Assembly: GCA_045612665.1 (NCBI GenBank)
Contig: JAZKZO010000003.1
Coordinates: forward strand, 30,992-94,991
Length of the DNA: 64,000 bases
Direction of reading: 5' to 3'
From: Eubacteriales bacterium
Lineage (GTDB): Bacteria; Bacillota; Clostridia; Oscillospirales; CAG-272
Part shown: piece after piece, positions 45,705-54,933 of the stretch
How the letters are laid out: each line of letters starts with the position of its first letter
Position numbering within the stretch: position 1 is the first letter of the stretch
Translations under genes and position numbers: made by a program
The notes under the pieces: model-generated
Told to the model about the DNA's origin: nothing
The model's database searches: none
Seen by the model: the letters and a program-made list of their open reading frames with translations, nothing else

Positions 45705-46422
45705 ACTTCAAAAATTTTTCACTGAAAACAATATTATGTCTCGAAGAAACGCTGAAAAGGTAATCGAGGCAGGTAACGTTAAAATAAACGGCGTTATCGC
45801 AAAGGTCGGCGACAAGGTTGATCCCGAAAATGATACTGTTACCTTCAATGGCAGGGTTATAAAGCCCTTGCCAAAAAGCGATAAGCGCTACATAATGCTA
45901 AACAAGCCACTTGGATATGTTTGTACTGTAAGCGACGAAAAGGGACGCGACACCGTTATGGAGCTTGTTAAGGACGTAGGACAACGAGTTTATCCCGTTG
46001 GACGTCTTGATATGTATTCGGAAGGACTTCTTCTTTTGACAAACGACGGAGAGCTTACAAACCGTTTAACTCATCCAAAGGGAAATATGGCAAAGACTTA
46101 CAGCGTTGTTATAAAGGGCACTATTTCCCCCGAGGTGCTTTCCCGTCTTACCTCTCCTATGGAAATTGACGGATACAAGATAAAGCCTGTTAAGGTGAGA
46201 ATTTTATCGGTAAAAAATGGCGCTACAAATACTCTTTTCACTCTTAGTGAGGGCAGAAACAGACAAATTAGAAAAATGTGCGATGCCTGTGGTCTTACCA
46301 TTATGCGTCTTACAAGAATTTCAATAGGCTCATTAAAGCTTGGAGAGCTTGAAAGAGGAAAATGGCGCGATCTTACGCCAGAAGAGGTTGCATATTTGTC
46401 AGGAAAAAGCAATAAAATTTAA
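45691..46422 (+). CDS. rluB: pseudouridine synthase, RsuA/RluB family
   Basis: N-terminal S4 domain (RLQKFFTENNIMSRRNAEKVI) and the catalytic motif YPVGRLDMYSEGLLLLTNDG. Confidence 0.85.
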   Translation: MEKIRLQKFFTENNIMSRRNAEKVIEAGNVKINGVIAKVGDKVDPENDTVTFNGRVIKPLPKSDKRYIMLNKPLGYVCTVSDEKGRDTVMELVKDVGQRVYPVGRLDMYSEGLLLLTNDGELTNRLTHPKGNMAKTYSVVIKGTISPEVLSRLTSPMEIDGYKIKPVKVRILSVKNGATNTLFTLSEGRNRQIRKMCDACGLTIMRLTRISIGSLKLGELERGKWRDLTPEEVAYLSGKSNKI

Positions 46423-46431
46423 GGAGAAAAA

Positions 46432-46818
46432 ATGCTTACTGTATTACCAATTCAAGATAAAAACGTTCAAAAGGAGCTTTGCGAGCTTTGCGGGGCTTCA
46501 TTTGATGCACATTCCTTTGCATATAGAGCTGATGACGGTGAATTTTTGGGGGTTTGCCAATTTAAATTCGTATCAGGCGTAGGCGAAATCAGCGCCTTCA
46601 ATTACGCGCCTAACACAAGCGACGACGAGGCTATGATAATTATGCTTCGCACCGCTATGAATTTTATGCATAGATGTGGACTAAAAAAATCGGTTTTCCT
46701 TAAAGATTCCGCACCTGAAGCCCTGCTTAACATTTCATCATACGGCAAAAACGAAGGTGGAATTTACGAAATCGACCTTGACAAATTCTACATATCTCCG
46801 TGTCATTACAACAAATAA
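46432..46818 (+). CDS. hypothetical protein
   Basis: 128-aa ORF with an AAGGAG RBS and codon usage like its neighbours. I recognise no motif. Confidence 0.4.
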   Translation: MLTVLPIQDKNVQKELCELCGASFDAHSFAYRADDGEFLGVCQFKFVSGVGEISAFNYAPNTSDDEAMIIMLRTAMNFMHRCGLKKSVFLKDSAPEALLNISSYGKNEGGIYEIDLDKFYISPCHYNK

Positions 46819-46846
46819 AAAATGCCTCGATTGAGGCATTTTTTTA
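46815..46846. terminator. bidirectional rho-independent terminator
   Basis: Hairpin AATGCCTC-GAT-TGAGGCATT (46821-46840), flanked by an A-run and a T-run, between convergent genes. Confidence 0.8.
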
Positions 46847-47350
46847 TTTATTATTTATCTCTACTGTGAGAGTATCGTAATCAAGCGTAAGTCTTACAGG
46901 ATGACCTATGCTTGCCATTATCTCATACAAGGTAACATCATCGACAATTATATCCTTTTCGATAGCCTCGCATTTATAGGTACTGTTGCCGTAAAGAGGA
47001 ATAACATTTTTACCATTTGATTCGTTTACAAGCGTTTTATTTGTTAAATCAAGAGTATAGGTGCTTGTTAATCCGGCAACGAATGCTTGAGTATCACTTT
47101 GCCAGGAAATTACATATCCGAGTCCCTCAAGAACGGCTATCAAGGGAAGCTCTGCATAGGTTTGATATACTGTAAAGGTTGCATCAACCTCGTTTCCGTT
47201 TATTACAAGCTTTCCCTGTCCGCGCTCGCTTTCCTGTGTGCTACTTGAAGAGCTTTCCTCGGAAAATTGAGACGAGGTGTCATCGTTATTACATGCACAA
47301 AGGGAAAAAGCCATTATTATACATAGTATAAAAGCCAAATATTTTTTCAT
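46844..47350 (-). CDS. lipoprotein with a copper-amine-oxidase-N-terminal-like (stalk) domain
   Basis: Lipobox LCAC follows MKKYLAFILCIIMAFS. The region LPLIAVLEGLGYVISWQSDTQ resembles the Cu_amine_oxidN1 pattern. The start overlaps the bioY stop in an ATGA. Confidence 0.55.
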   Translation of the reverse strand: MKKYLAFILCIIMAFSLCACNNDDTSSQFSEESSSSSTQESERGQGKLVINGNEVDATFTVYQTYAELPLIAVLEGLGYVISWQSDTQAFVAGLTSTYTLDLTNKTLVNESNGKNVIPLYGNSTYKCEAIEKDIIVDDVTLYEIMASIGHPVRLTLDYDTLTVEINNK

Positions 47351-47874
47351 TTTGAAACCTCTTTATTTAGTATTTTCTTAATTTTAATTGCCACAAAAAA
47401 TGCTACTATTACAAGAATTATATCCTTAAATATATATGGCAATGAAACGCTCAAAACAGAAGCCCAAAGCGTTACTCTTGACACGAGCATATATTGAATT
47501 GAGCCTATAAAATGACAAATTATAACGGAGATTATTCCTGCCGGAATAGCAAGCCTTGTGTCAGCGAATATAGCGCACATAAGAGCTACAATAAAGAATC
47601 CCCATATAAATCCACCTGTATGTCCCACAAGAGCTGAAATTCCACCGTTAAAGGACGAAAATACAGGCAAGCCTATTGCGCCGATTGCAACATATAAAAA
47701 TATGCTTAAAAATGATTTTAGAATACCAAGCACATATCCTGCAAGCGCCACCATTAGAATTTGCAAAGTTATCGGCACGGCACTTGGCATTGGAATCGCA
47801 ATTTGCGATACCACGCATAGCATTGCGCTAAATATAGCAACGAAAACTATCGTTCTTAGTCTTTTATTGCTCAT
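47347..47874 (-). CDS. bioY: biotin transporter BioY (ECF S component)
   Basis: 175 aa, 6 TM, with VSQIAIPMPSAVPITLQILMVALAGYVLG typical of BioY. Confidence 0.85.
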   Translation of the reverse strand: MSNKRLRTIVFVAIFSAMLCVVSQIAIPMPSAVPITLQILMVALAGYVLGILKSFLSIFLYVAIGAIGLPVFSSFNGGISALVGHTGGFIWGFFIVALMCAIFADTRLAIPAGIISVIICHFIGSIQYMLVSRVTLWASVLSVSLPYIFKDIILVIVAFFVAIKIKKILNKEVSK

Positions 47875-48835
47875 TTTTGCGCGCCCTTGCCTCTCCCGAG
47901 CTAAACGCTACCTCGCCCTGCTCGGTTTTTAAAATAAGCCTTGCGTTATCGTCTATATCCAAAACCACTCCGTTAACTACATCGTTTCCACGATAAACAC
48001 AAACGCTCTCACCTATCAAATTCGAGTGTTCTCTATACGAGGCAATATAGGACTTATTTTCAATACTTCTATAATAATGAAGAAATTTATCCGTGGCAAG
48101 TGCACAAAGAGCGCTCTTGAAGCCATTAGGGGCTTTACCATCATATATTGATGTCGCTATATCCTTAATTTCAACGGCAAATCCGTTTTTAGGCGGTGTT
48201 ATATTGATACCGATACCGACGATTGCAAAATCAAAGCATCCGCTTTCAACGTTCAATGCGCCCTCGGTTAAAATTCCGCACACCTTTTTGTTACCGATAT
48301 AAATATCGTTTACCCATTTGATTGAGCATTTTTTGCCCGAAAGCTCTTCGATCGCATCAAGAACTGCGACCGCACAGGCTACGGTGATATTAACGCTTTC
48401 GCTCGCTTGGATTTTAGGGCGAAGAATGATGCTCATATAAAGCCCGTTTTCCTCGTTTGAAATAAACGATCTGCCCATTCTTCCCTTGCCTGCATTTTGT
48501 CGCTTTACAACGACTACCGTACCCTCAGGTGCGCCTTGCTTGGCTAGCTCAGATGCTACATTGTTTGACGAATCGGCATCGTCGATTAAAACGACACTTA
48601 TATTGTTACTTGATAAATGCTCTATTCTCGAAGCGCTAAAAACATCCTCTTCGCTTGATAGAAGATATCCTGTGTTGCTTTGCGATATTATCTTATGCCC
48701 TTCCTCTTTCAAGGAATTTATTGAGCGCCAAATACAATTTCTTGTAACTCCTAATTTTTTGGCAATTTCCTCTCCCGAAATGCATTCTCCCTGTCGTCCT
48801 TCAAGAAGAGATAAAACCTTTTCCTTAATTTTCAT
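47864..48835 (-). CDS. birA: bifunctional biotin-[acetyl-CoA-carboxylase] ligase / biotin operon repressor
   Basis: N-terminal winged HTH (ISGEEIAKKLGVTRNCIWRSI) and the ligase motif GKGRMGRSF. The start is taken at the ATG 48835 after AGAGG; the track start at 48874 has no RBS. Confidence 0.9.
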   Translation of the reverse strand: MKIKEKVLSLLEGRQGECISGEEIAKKLGVTRNCIWRSINSLKEEGHKIISQSNTGYLLSSEEDVFSASRIEHLSSNNISVVLIDDADSSNNVASELAKQGAPEGTVVVVKRQNAGKGRMGRSFISNEENGLYMSIILRPKIQASESVNITVACAVAVLDAIEELSGKKCSIKWVNDIYIGNKKVCGILTEGALNVESGCFDFAIVGIGINITPPKNGFAVEIKDIATSIYDGKAPNGFKSALCALATDKFLHYYRSIENKSYIASYREHSNLIGESVCVYRGNDVVNGVVLDIDDNARLILKTEQGEVAFSSGEARARKNEQ

Positions 48836-48844
48836 ATTACCTCT

Positions 48845-48873
48845 TGTCACTTTTTCGAAACGGTTTGGTGACA
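48845..48873. promoter_or_regulatory. candidate BirA operator
   Basis: Inverted repeat TGTCAC-N17-GTGACA lies 10 nt upstream of the birA start. The overall 29-bp span is similar to the Bacillus TGTTAACC-N14-GGTTAACA operators, but the half-sites differ. Confidence 0.4.
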
Positions 48874-48884
48874 TACAATCTAAA

Positions 48885-48912
48885 TCAAAACGGCAGTTAC
48901 CTGCCGTTTTTG
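48885..48912 (-). terminator. rho-independent terminator of the LCP gene
   Basis: Hairpin AAACGGCAG-TTAC-CTGCCGTTT (48888-48909) with a T-run on the minus strand. Confidence 0.75.
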
Positions 48913-48916
48913 TTTA

Positions 48917-50065
48917 TTACTCTGCTGGTGTGTAAAGAGCGGTTTGAATTTGTGAAACTACTGCTGAATAGTCAGAATATGTTACAAATCTAACACTCTT
49001 GTACCATGTTTGTTGCTTAAGATCGCTACCGAGGTTGATTGTAACAACGCCGTTTGAGCCGTCCTTAGACTTGATAGCAACCTTGAGAAGTGTTGAGAAA
49101 TCGTCTCCGTCAGTTGAAGCAATTGCGTTTTGTGTAAGCTCGTTAACAAGGCTATTAACACCGCTAACGCCCTGGCTCAAAGCAATCTTTGTTACCTGTG
49201 CGAGAATGTTAAATACTGCTATTTCACGGTTACCGTCAACACCACGGATGTAAGCAAGAGTTTGAACACCGTTAAGGCTTACTGTTGCGCCCTTCTTAGT
49301 GATTTCAAGAACCTCTGCATCAAATCTCTTATTATATGCCTGAATTGCGAGGTTAAGGTTAGCAACCTCCTCATCAGTCATAGCAAGCTCAATACCGCCA
49401 ACTGCATCTACCATATCAGCTGCGCCACTCATCTTCATTTCAACGTAACCGTCAATGTCAACGCCGAAGTTTTGAGAGATTGTTCTAGCGAGCAAGTTAG
49501 ATCCGCCAAGCTTATAAGCATCCTTAAGAGGACCAACTACGTCTGCATAAGGAATTTGAACAAATGAAGCTGCATCGATAAGAACGTATGTAAAGCTTCC
49601 TGTGTCCTTGTTTACAGATGCGATAACGATCATACTTGCATGAGGATTGTTAGGATCCTCGTTTTCAATACCGAAAATAGCATAGTTGAGAACGTTCTTT
49701 TGATCCTTAATGTTGTTTACTGTTGCGCTATGGTTGCTTGAAGCGTTGTAAGCGAACTCGTAGTAGCCAGGATATCCTGCAGCTGTTCCATCATAGAAAG
49801 GACTGTTCTCCTTGTATGATTGAACAATGGAAGGAAGTGTATCCTTGTAGCTTCCGTTAGGTGCAACCTTACCTGAAATATTGTTGATAAGGAAATTTAT
49901 AGCTGTAAGAGCCAATGCAACGAGTGCAAAAGCAATAAGCACTGCAAGAATGATTCCCTTTACAGCAGAAGGCTTTTTATTTTGTGGAGCAGCAACAATG
50001 CTCGCACGTCTTTCTTGGGGAACATTTGCAGAAGCGTATCTTCTTTCAATAATCTTTTTGCTCAC
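48917..50065 (-). CDS. LCP family (LytR-CpsA-Psr) cell-wall glycopolymer transferase
   Basis: 382 aa with an N-terminal TM anchor and the LCP core (NYAIFGIE..ASMIVIASVNKDTGSFTYVLIDAASFVQIP). GTG start with an AAGGAG RBS. Confidence 0.8.
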   Translation of the reverse strand: MSKKIIERRYASANVPQERRASIVAAPQNKKPSAVKGIILAVLIAFALVALALTAINFLINNISGKVAPNGSYKDTLPSIVQSYKENSPFYDGTAAGYPGYYEFAYNASSNHSATVNNIKDQKNVLNYAIFGIENEDPNNPHASMIVIASVNKDTGSFTYVLIDAASFVQIPYADVVGPLKDAYKLGGSNLLARTISQNFGVDIDGYVEMKMSGAADMVDAVGGIELAMTDEEVANLNLAIQAYNKRFDAEVLEITKKGATVSLNGVQTLAYIRGVDGNREIAVFNILAQVTKIALSQGVSGVNSLVNELTQNAIASTDGDDFSTLLKVAIKSKDGSNGVVTINLGSDLKQQTWYKSVRFVTYSDYSAVVSQIQTALYTPAE

Positions 50066-50108
50066 TTTTAGATTCTCCTTTACCGGTTGAGTAAAAATTT
50101 ATATTTTT

Positions 50109-50137
50109 ATTATATATCAAATTTGGTGGCTTGTCAA
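50109..50137 (-). promoter_or_regulatory. sigma-A-type promoter of the LCP gene
   Basis: On the minus strand, TTGACA (50137-50132), a 17-nt spacer and TATAAT (50114-50109). Confidence 0.65.
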
Positions 50138-50200
50138 CACCTTTTTAATATATTTGGGCGCTTTGTAATAAAATAAAATTTCTTTTAGTGCACGCGAGCG

Positions 50201-51190
50201 TTATTTTGTGAACTCGCGAAGAAAATAAATATTAGCCTTATCGACCTCAAAGACTCTTCCGTTTAGGTACGAAAGACTGTCGTTCACATCGTTAAATGCA
50301 AGCTTATATGAGTAAAGCGCCTGATGCTTATAGGAGTAATTTTTATCCCTTGAAATATTGCCGTATTTTCCGTCACCGAGAAGCGAATGACCAATAGATG
50401 CCATATGCGCTCTTATCTGATGTGTTCTTCCGGTTAAGAGTTCAACCTCAAGAAGCGAGATGTCCATTCTAGGATTATAGTCTAAAACACGGTACTTTGT
50501 AACTATTTCCTTTGCCCCGTTCTTTTGCTCCTTCAAAACCTTAACCGTGTTGGCTTTCGGGTCTTTTATAAGAAAATCCTTGAGGATGTGGCTGTTTTTT
50601 TGAGGTTTGCCGTGAACTGCACAAAGGTATTTTTTAGAAATACCGGACTCTTTTATTCTTGCGTTCATATCGCGAAGAGCCTGTGCGTTCTTAGCACCTA
50701 TCACTATTCCGCCTGTGTTTCTGTCTATTCTGTTGCAAAGTGCAGGAGCGAAGGAATTTTCCTTTCCGGGGTCATATTCTCCCTTTTGCGCAAGATACGC
50801 TTGCATATGATAAACCAAGGTGTTTCTATCCTCGCACGCGCCCTCGCCACTTGTCTTTCCGTCTCCGTCTCCGCTGTGAACCAAAACTCCCGCAGGCTTA
50901 TCGCACAAGATGATATTTTCATCCTCATAAAGAACGTTTATTTTAGGCTTTATCGAAAAAAGCTCGTTATCCGTAATTTTTTCGGCAAACAAATCCTCGC
51001 TCAAAAACATTTGCACGGTATCGCCCTGTACAAGAATTTGCTTTTGCTCTGCCCTTTTGCGATTAACCTTTATTTTTTTGAGGCGTATCGCCTTATACAT
51101 AAGAGAAACAGGAATTCCCGTTACTGTTTTTTGAATAAATTTATCAAGACGTTGTCCTGCGTCGTTTGCATTTATTTTAAACTCTCTCAT
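50201..51190 (-). CDS. RluA family pseudouridine synthase (RluC/RluD-like)
   Basis: S4 domain start MREFKINANDAGQRLDKF and the catalytic motif NRIDRNTGGIV (the HRLD equivalent). The track ORF begins at an upstream TTG (51256), which is judged spurious. Confidence 0.8.
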   Translation of the reverse strand: MREFKINANDAGQRLDKFIQKTVTGIPVSLMYKAIRLKKIKVNRKRAEQKQILVQGDTVQMFLSEDLFAEKITDNELFSIKPKINVLYEDENIILCDKPAGVLVHSGDGDGKTSGEGACEDRNTLVYHMQAYLAQKGEYDPGKENSFAPALCNRIDRNTGGIVIGAKNAQALRDMNARIKESGISKKYLCAVHGKPQKNSHILKDFLIKDPKANTVKVLKEQKNGAKEIVTKYRVLDYNPRMDISLLEVELLTGRTHQIRAHMASIGHSLLGDGKYGNISRDKNYSYKHQALYSYKLAFNDVNDSLSYLNGRVFEVDKANIYFLREFTK

Positions 51191-51342
51191 CGATTTACAA
51201 AATCTCCAAAATTCTTTTTCACCTTTAATTATATAAGCAAAGTAGATTTTTTTCAAGTATTATTTGACTTTTTGTCGTTTTTCAATTTACATACGAACAA
51301 AAGTGTGCTAAAATAGGTTTATCTTGTTATAGGAGGTGTGTT

Positions 51343-52650
51343 ATGAATAAAGAAATCAAGGCGTCAATTCTTACTCTCGGTTGCCGTGTGAATCAGTATG
51401 AAAGCGATGCAATTATGCAGGAGCTTGCAAAATACGGCGTTACCATTTGTCAAAACGACGAAATATGCGACATTTATATCATAAACACCTGTACTGTAAC
51501 TGCCGAAAGCGATAGAAAATCAAGGCAATTTATTCGCAGATGCGCTTCTAAAAATCCTAATGCCATTATTATTGTAACCGGATGTTACTCTCAAATTAAT
51601 CCAAGCGAGGCCTTGGCAATCGAGGGCGTAGATTTTGTTTGTGGAAACAACGGAAAATCAATAATTGCAAAAAAAGCACTCGAGCTACTTGATGGCAAGC
51701 GCGAAAAATCCTTATTTATGCCTGACATTTACAACTCGAGCTTTGACAAAATGGAGGTCGGCGCACCGCTTACAAGAACGAGAGCGTTTATCAAAATTCA
51801 AGACGGATGTGAATCAAAATGTGCTTATTGCATAATCCCAAAAGCGCGTGGTAACATTCGCTCCGATAGCCGTGAAAACATTTTAAGCGAGGTTAAAAGG
51901 GTCGTGTCCGAGGGTTGCCTTGAGGTTGTTTTGACAGGAATTGAAACCGCATCCTACGGAAGAGATTTCAAAAACGGCTATTCTCTGCTTGATTTGCTTT
52001 GTGAGGTAAACAAAATTGAAGGGCTTGAAAGAATCAGGCTCGGCTCGCTTGATCCCGTTGAGATTACAAAAAAGTTCGTTGACACCGTAGCATCGCTTGA
52101 TAAGGTAATGCCTCATTTTCATCTCTCGATGCAAAGCGGATGTACAAAAACACTCAATTCAATGCGCAGAAAATACAATATCGATATGGCAAGGGCTAAT
52201 ATAGAGTATTTGAAGGATAAAATACCAAATCTCATGTTAAGCGCCGACGTTATAACTGGCTTCCCGGGCGAGAGTGATGAGGACTTCGAAAAGACAGTTG
52301 AATTTTTCAAGGAGCAAAGGTTTATGCGCCTTCATATTTTCCCATATTCAAGGCGCAAGGATACAGTGGCTTACGATATGCCAAATCAAGTTGAGGAGCA
52401 AGTAAAAAAGGACAGGCTAAAATGGCTATCACAGGTGGCAAGCGACGTAAGGCGTGAGCTACTTTGTGAGTATGTTAAGCGCAACGAATGTGTTAAAGTT
52501 CTCTTTGAAAGCTTCGATGGCGAATTCAACGTCGGACATACTCCCTCTTTTGTCGAGGTTAAAGTAAAATGCAGTGAAAATTTAAGTGGAAAAATCGAAA
52601 CCGTAAAGTTAAAAAGCTCCGATAATGAGCGCGTTTTCGGAGAAATTTAA
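51343..52650 (+). CDS. mtaB: MiaB-like radical SAM methylthiotransferase, probably MtaB
   Basis: 435 aa with an N-terminal UPF0004 domain (LTLGCRVNQYESD), the radical SAM cluster CESKCAYC and a C-terminal TRAM-like domain. Size and layout match YqeV/MtaB. Confidence 0.7.
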   Translation: MNKEIKASILTLGCRVNQYESDAIMQELAKYGVTICQNDEICDIYIINTCTVTAESDRKSRQFIRRCASKNPNAIIIVTGCYSQINPSEALAIEGVDFVCGNNGKSIIAKKALELLDGKREKSLFMPDIYNSSFDKMEVGAPLTRTRAFIKIQDGCESKCAYCIIPKARGNIRSDSRENILSEVKRVVSEGCLEVVLTGIETASYGRDFKNGYSLLDLLCEVNKIEGLERIRLGSLDPVEITKKFVDTVASLDKVMPHFHLSMQSGCTKTLNSMRRKYNIDMARANIEYLKDKIPNLMLSADVITGFPGESDEDFEKTVEFFKEQRFMRLHIFPYSRRKDTVAYDMPNQVEEQVKKDRLKWLSQVASDVRRELLCEYVKRNECVKVLFESFDGEFNVGHTPSFVEVKVKCSENLSGKIETVKLKSSDNERVFGEI

Positions 52651-52669
52651 ATTTTTGAATTCAAAAATT
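52648..52669. repeat. AT-rich GAATTC-centred palindromic motif
   Basis: TAAATTTTTGAATTCAAAAATT is identical over 22 nt to 18751-18772. Its first three bases are the mtaB stop codon. Confidence 0.6.
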
Positions 52670-52679
52670 CACAAATTAA

Positions 52680-52710
52680 AAAAGACCCTCGTTATGCGAG
52701 GGCCTTTTCT
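52680..52710 (+). terminator. rho-independent terminator of mtaB (overlaps the 3' end of the convergent tetR gene)
   Basis: Hairpin CCCTCG-TTATG-CGAGGG (52686-52702) followed by a T-rich run. Confidence 0.6.
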
Positions 52711-53222
52711 TCGTTTTTAAGATTGTGTGAAACGGAAAACGACTCGTTTATTTGTCTTGCAAGCTCGTCAGGAGATTGGGCATTATAGCTCGTCATCCAA
52801 CGCTTTATAGTACATACAAAGCCATCGGCAAAGAATCCGATTTGAAATCTATTAAGCTCTTTTATTCCAAGCTCGTTTTTAAAAGTGTCTTCCATTAAAG
52901 CACAGCAAAAGCTATAAAGATGGTCGGAAAAGGAGTTTTGACCCTCTTCTTTTAAAACCTTTTTATAGAAGCTCTTATTTTCGTAAAAATACTTTATAAG
53001 AGTGTCAATTACTCTTGTTTTTTCCTTACAAGCCTCTTCAAATTCCGTGTCAAAAATCCAGCTTATAAGGTCTTCCTTATCCTTAAAATGATAGTAGAAG
53101 CTTTTTCTACTCATAGAGCAAAGGTCGCAAATTTCTCCTATGCTGATTTTTGAAAGAGGCTGTTCCTTTAAAAGTGCCTTTAACGACATAGCGAGTGTTC
53201 TTTTTGTGTTTGTTGAATCCAT
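52692..53222 (-). CDS. TetR/AcrR family transcriptional regulator
   Basis: HTH region ISIGEICDLCSMSRKSFYYHFKDKEDL. The start is taken at the ATG 53222 after AGGAGG; the track start at 53267 has no RBS. Confidence 0.8.
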   Translation of the reverse strand: MDSTNTKRTLAMSLKALLKEQPLSKISIGEICDLCSMSRKSFYYHFKDKEDLISWIFDTEFEEACKEKTRVIDTLIKYFYENKSFYKKVLKEEGQNSFSDHLYSFCCALMEDTFKNELGIKELNRFQIGFFADGFVCTIKRWMTSYNAQSPDELARQINESFSVSHNLKNEEKALA

Positions 53223-53372
53223 ATTTCTCCTCCTATGGCAGAGGGGAAATAAAAAAGCGAGCCCCATCTGCCTAACAGATAAGTCTCGTCATTTAATATG
53301 AAGCCAGACATAAGTCGATTGTTGACCTCATCGCACCGCCTATCGATGCAAACTACTCCCTTATGTGATATT

Positions 53373-53401
53373 ATTTTACCACATTTTCACTTGAAAGTCA
53401 A
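53373..53401 (-). promoter_or_regulatory. sigma-A-type promoter of the tetR-family gene, giving a leader of about 140 nt
   Basis: On the minus strand, TTGACT (53401-53396), a 17-nt spacer and TAAAAT (53378-53373). A small palindrome CTTGAAAGTCAAG overlaps the -35 element. Confidence 0.55.
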
Positions 53402-53420
53402 GAGATTTTGGTTTGATTAT

Positions 53421-53452
53421 TAAAAAATCCACTCTTTCGAGTGGATTTTGTT
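53421..53452 (-). terminator. rho-independent terminator of the nfeD-SPFH operon
   Basis: Hairpin AATCCACTC-TTTC-GAGTGGATT (53426-53447) with a T-run on the minus strand. Confidence 0.8.
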
Positions 53453-53453
53453 A

Positions 53454-54416
53454 TTATTTCTTTGCGCTTTCCGCAACTGCGTTTACAAGTCCTACAACGC
53501 CTTGAAGGTCGCTTGGAACGATTATCTTTGTTGCTTGACCGTCTGATACCTTCTCAAACGCCTCGAGCTTTTTAAGTGTGATAAACGCTTCCTCAGGCTT
53601 TGCCTCGTTGATTAGACGAATTGATTCAGCCTGCGCCTGATTGATTTTAAGAATAGCCTCGGCTTCCGCCTCTGCCTTTTTAATTCTAGCTTCCTTTTCA
53701 GCCTCTGCAAAAAGGATTGCAGCCTGCTTTTCAGCCTCTGCCTCAAGAACCTTAGATTCCTTTTTACCTTGTGCTACAAGAATATTACTTGCCTTTTCGC
53801 CCTCGGCACGAAGAATAGCCTCTCTTCTTTCACGCTCAGCCTTCATTTGCTTTTCCATAGCGTCTTGAATTTCGTGAGGTGGCTTAATGTTCTTAAGCTC
53901 TACTCTGTTGATCTTGATGCCCCAAGGGTCGGTTGCTTCATCAAGGATTGAACGGATTTTTGCATTGATTGTATCTCTTGAGGTAAGAGTATGGTCAAGC
54001 TCCATTTCACCGATGATGTTACGAAGAGTTGTTGCAGTAAGATTTTCGATTGCTCTAATAGGATTTTCAACACCGTAAGCATAAAGCTTAGGGTCTGTGA
54101 TTTGGAAGAACACAACGGTGTCAATTTGCATTGTTACGTTGTCCTTTGTAATAACAGGCTGTGGGTCAAAGTCTGCAACCTGTTCCTTCATTGAAACCTT
54201 CTTTGAAATTTTATCAACGAGAGGCCAAAGGAAGTGAATTCCTGTTTCCCAAGTTTTGTTATACGCGCCGAGTCGCTCAATTACATAAGTTTGAGCCTGC
54301 GGTACGATTTTAATTCCTGCAATAATTGCCAATATAACGATAAGAGCAATTACAACAATAGCAATTACAATTCCTGTGCCGGCGCCAGCGAGCGCCATAA
54401 GTGCGAGTGATGTCAT
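53454..54416 (-). CDS. SPFH/band 7 (stomatin-like) membrane protein
   Basis: 320 aa with an N-terminal TM helix, an SPFH core (YVIERLGAY..) and a C-terminal Ala/Glu coiled coil. An ATGA overlap with nfeD. Confidence 0.9.
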   Translation of the reverse strand: MTSLALMALAGAGTGIVIAIVVIALIVILAIIAGIKIVPQAQTYVIERLGAYNKTWETGIHFLWPLVDKISKKVSMKEQVADFDPQPVITKDNVTMQIDTVVFFQITDPKLYAYGVENPIRAIENLTATTLRNIIGEMELDHTLTSRDTINAKIRSILDEATDPWGIKINRVELKNIKPPHEIQDAMEKQMKAERERREAILRAEGEKASNILVAQGKKESKVLEAEAEKQAAILFAEAEKEARIKKAEAEAEAILKINQAQAESIRLINEAKPEEAFITLKKLEAFEKVSDGQATKIIVPSDLQGVVGLVNAVAESAKK

Positions 54417-54859
54417 ATGTTTTCCTCCTTATTTTTCGAAACGATAGCTTTATTTCCCGAAACCTGCTTGAAAATTACAACCTCTCCCTGCTCGATTATC
54501 GAGCCGTCATCCGAGCGTGCCGTCCAAACAAGACCGTTGATTTTTACAGCTCCCGTTTCCTTTATGTTATCAATTGTTTCTGTTACAACTGCAGTTTTGC
54601 CTATGTTAAGCTCCAAATTTGTCTTTGCATCCTTTGGCTTGCCTGTTATTTTTTTAACAAGTGGCTTAGTTGCGACGAGCGCGATAATGGAAAGGGCAAC
54701 AAATATAACGATTTGCCAAATCGATTGCATCTCATCAAAAATAGCAACGACAACGCCCGTTATAAGCGCCGAAGCCGAAAACCAAATTGATACAAACTGT
54801 GTAGTAACAAGCTCAACAACAAGCAACAAAATTGCAAGTGCGAACCAAATCCACATCAT
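54413..54859 (-). CDS. NfeD family membrane protein
   Basis: 148 aa with an N-terminal TM bundle and a C-terminal OB-fold-like region (GKTAVVTETI..GAVKINGLVWTARS). It shows the classical pairing with an SPFH gene. Confidence 0.8.
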   Translation of the reverse strand: MMWIWFALAILLLVVELVTTQFVSIWFSASALITGVVVAIFDEMQSIWQIVIFVALSIIALVATKPLVKKITGKPKDAKTNLELNIGKTAVVTETIDNIKETGAVKINGLVWTARSDDGSIIEQGEVVIFKQVSGNKAIVSKNKEENI

Positions 54860-54933
54860 ATAAATACCTCCTTATACTTATATCATATCACAATTTAATC
54901 CTTGTGTAAATAAGTTCAAAAGAACTTTTCTTT

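Noticed and set aside
50525-51316. 263-aa plus-strand ORF overlapping the RluA-family gene
   Set aside because: It is antisense to a gene with clear catalytic motifs, has no RBS and no recognisable motif. Shadow ORF.
54417-54863. 148-aa plus-strand ORF exactly mirroring the nfeD ORF
   Set aside because: It has the same length on the opposite strand. The minus-strand product has the NfeD TM-plus-OB layout, an AAGGAGG RBS and an ATGA coupling to the SPFH gene, so the plus-strand ORF is the artefact.
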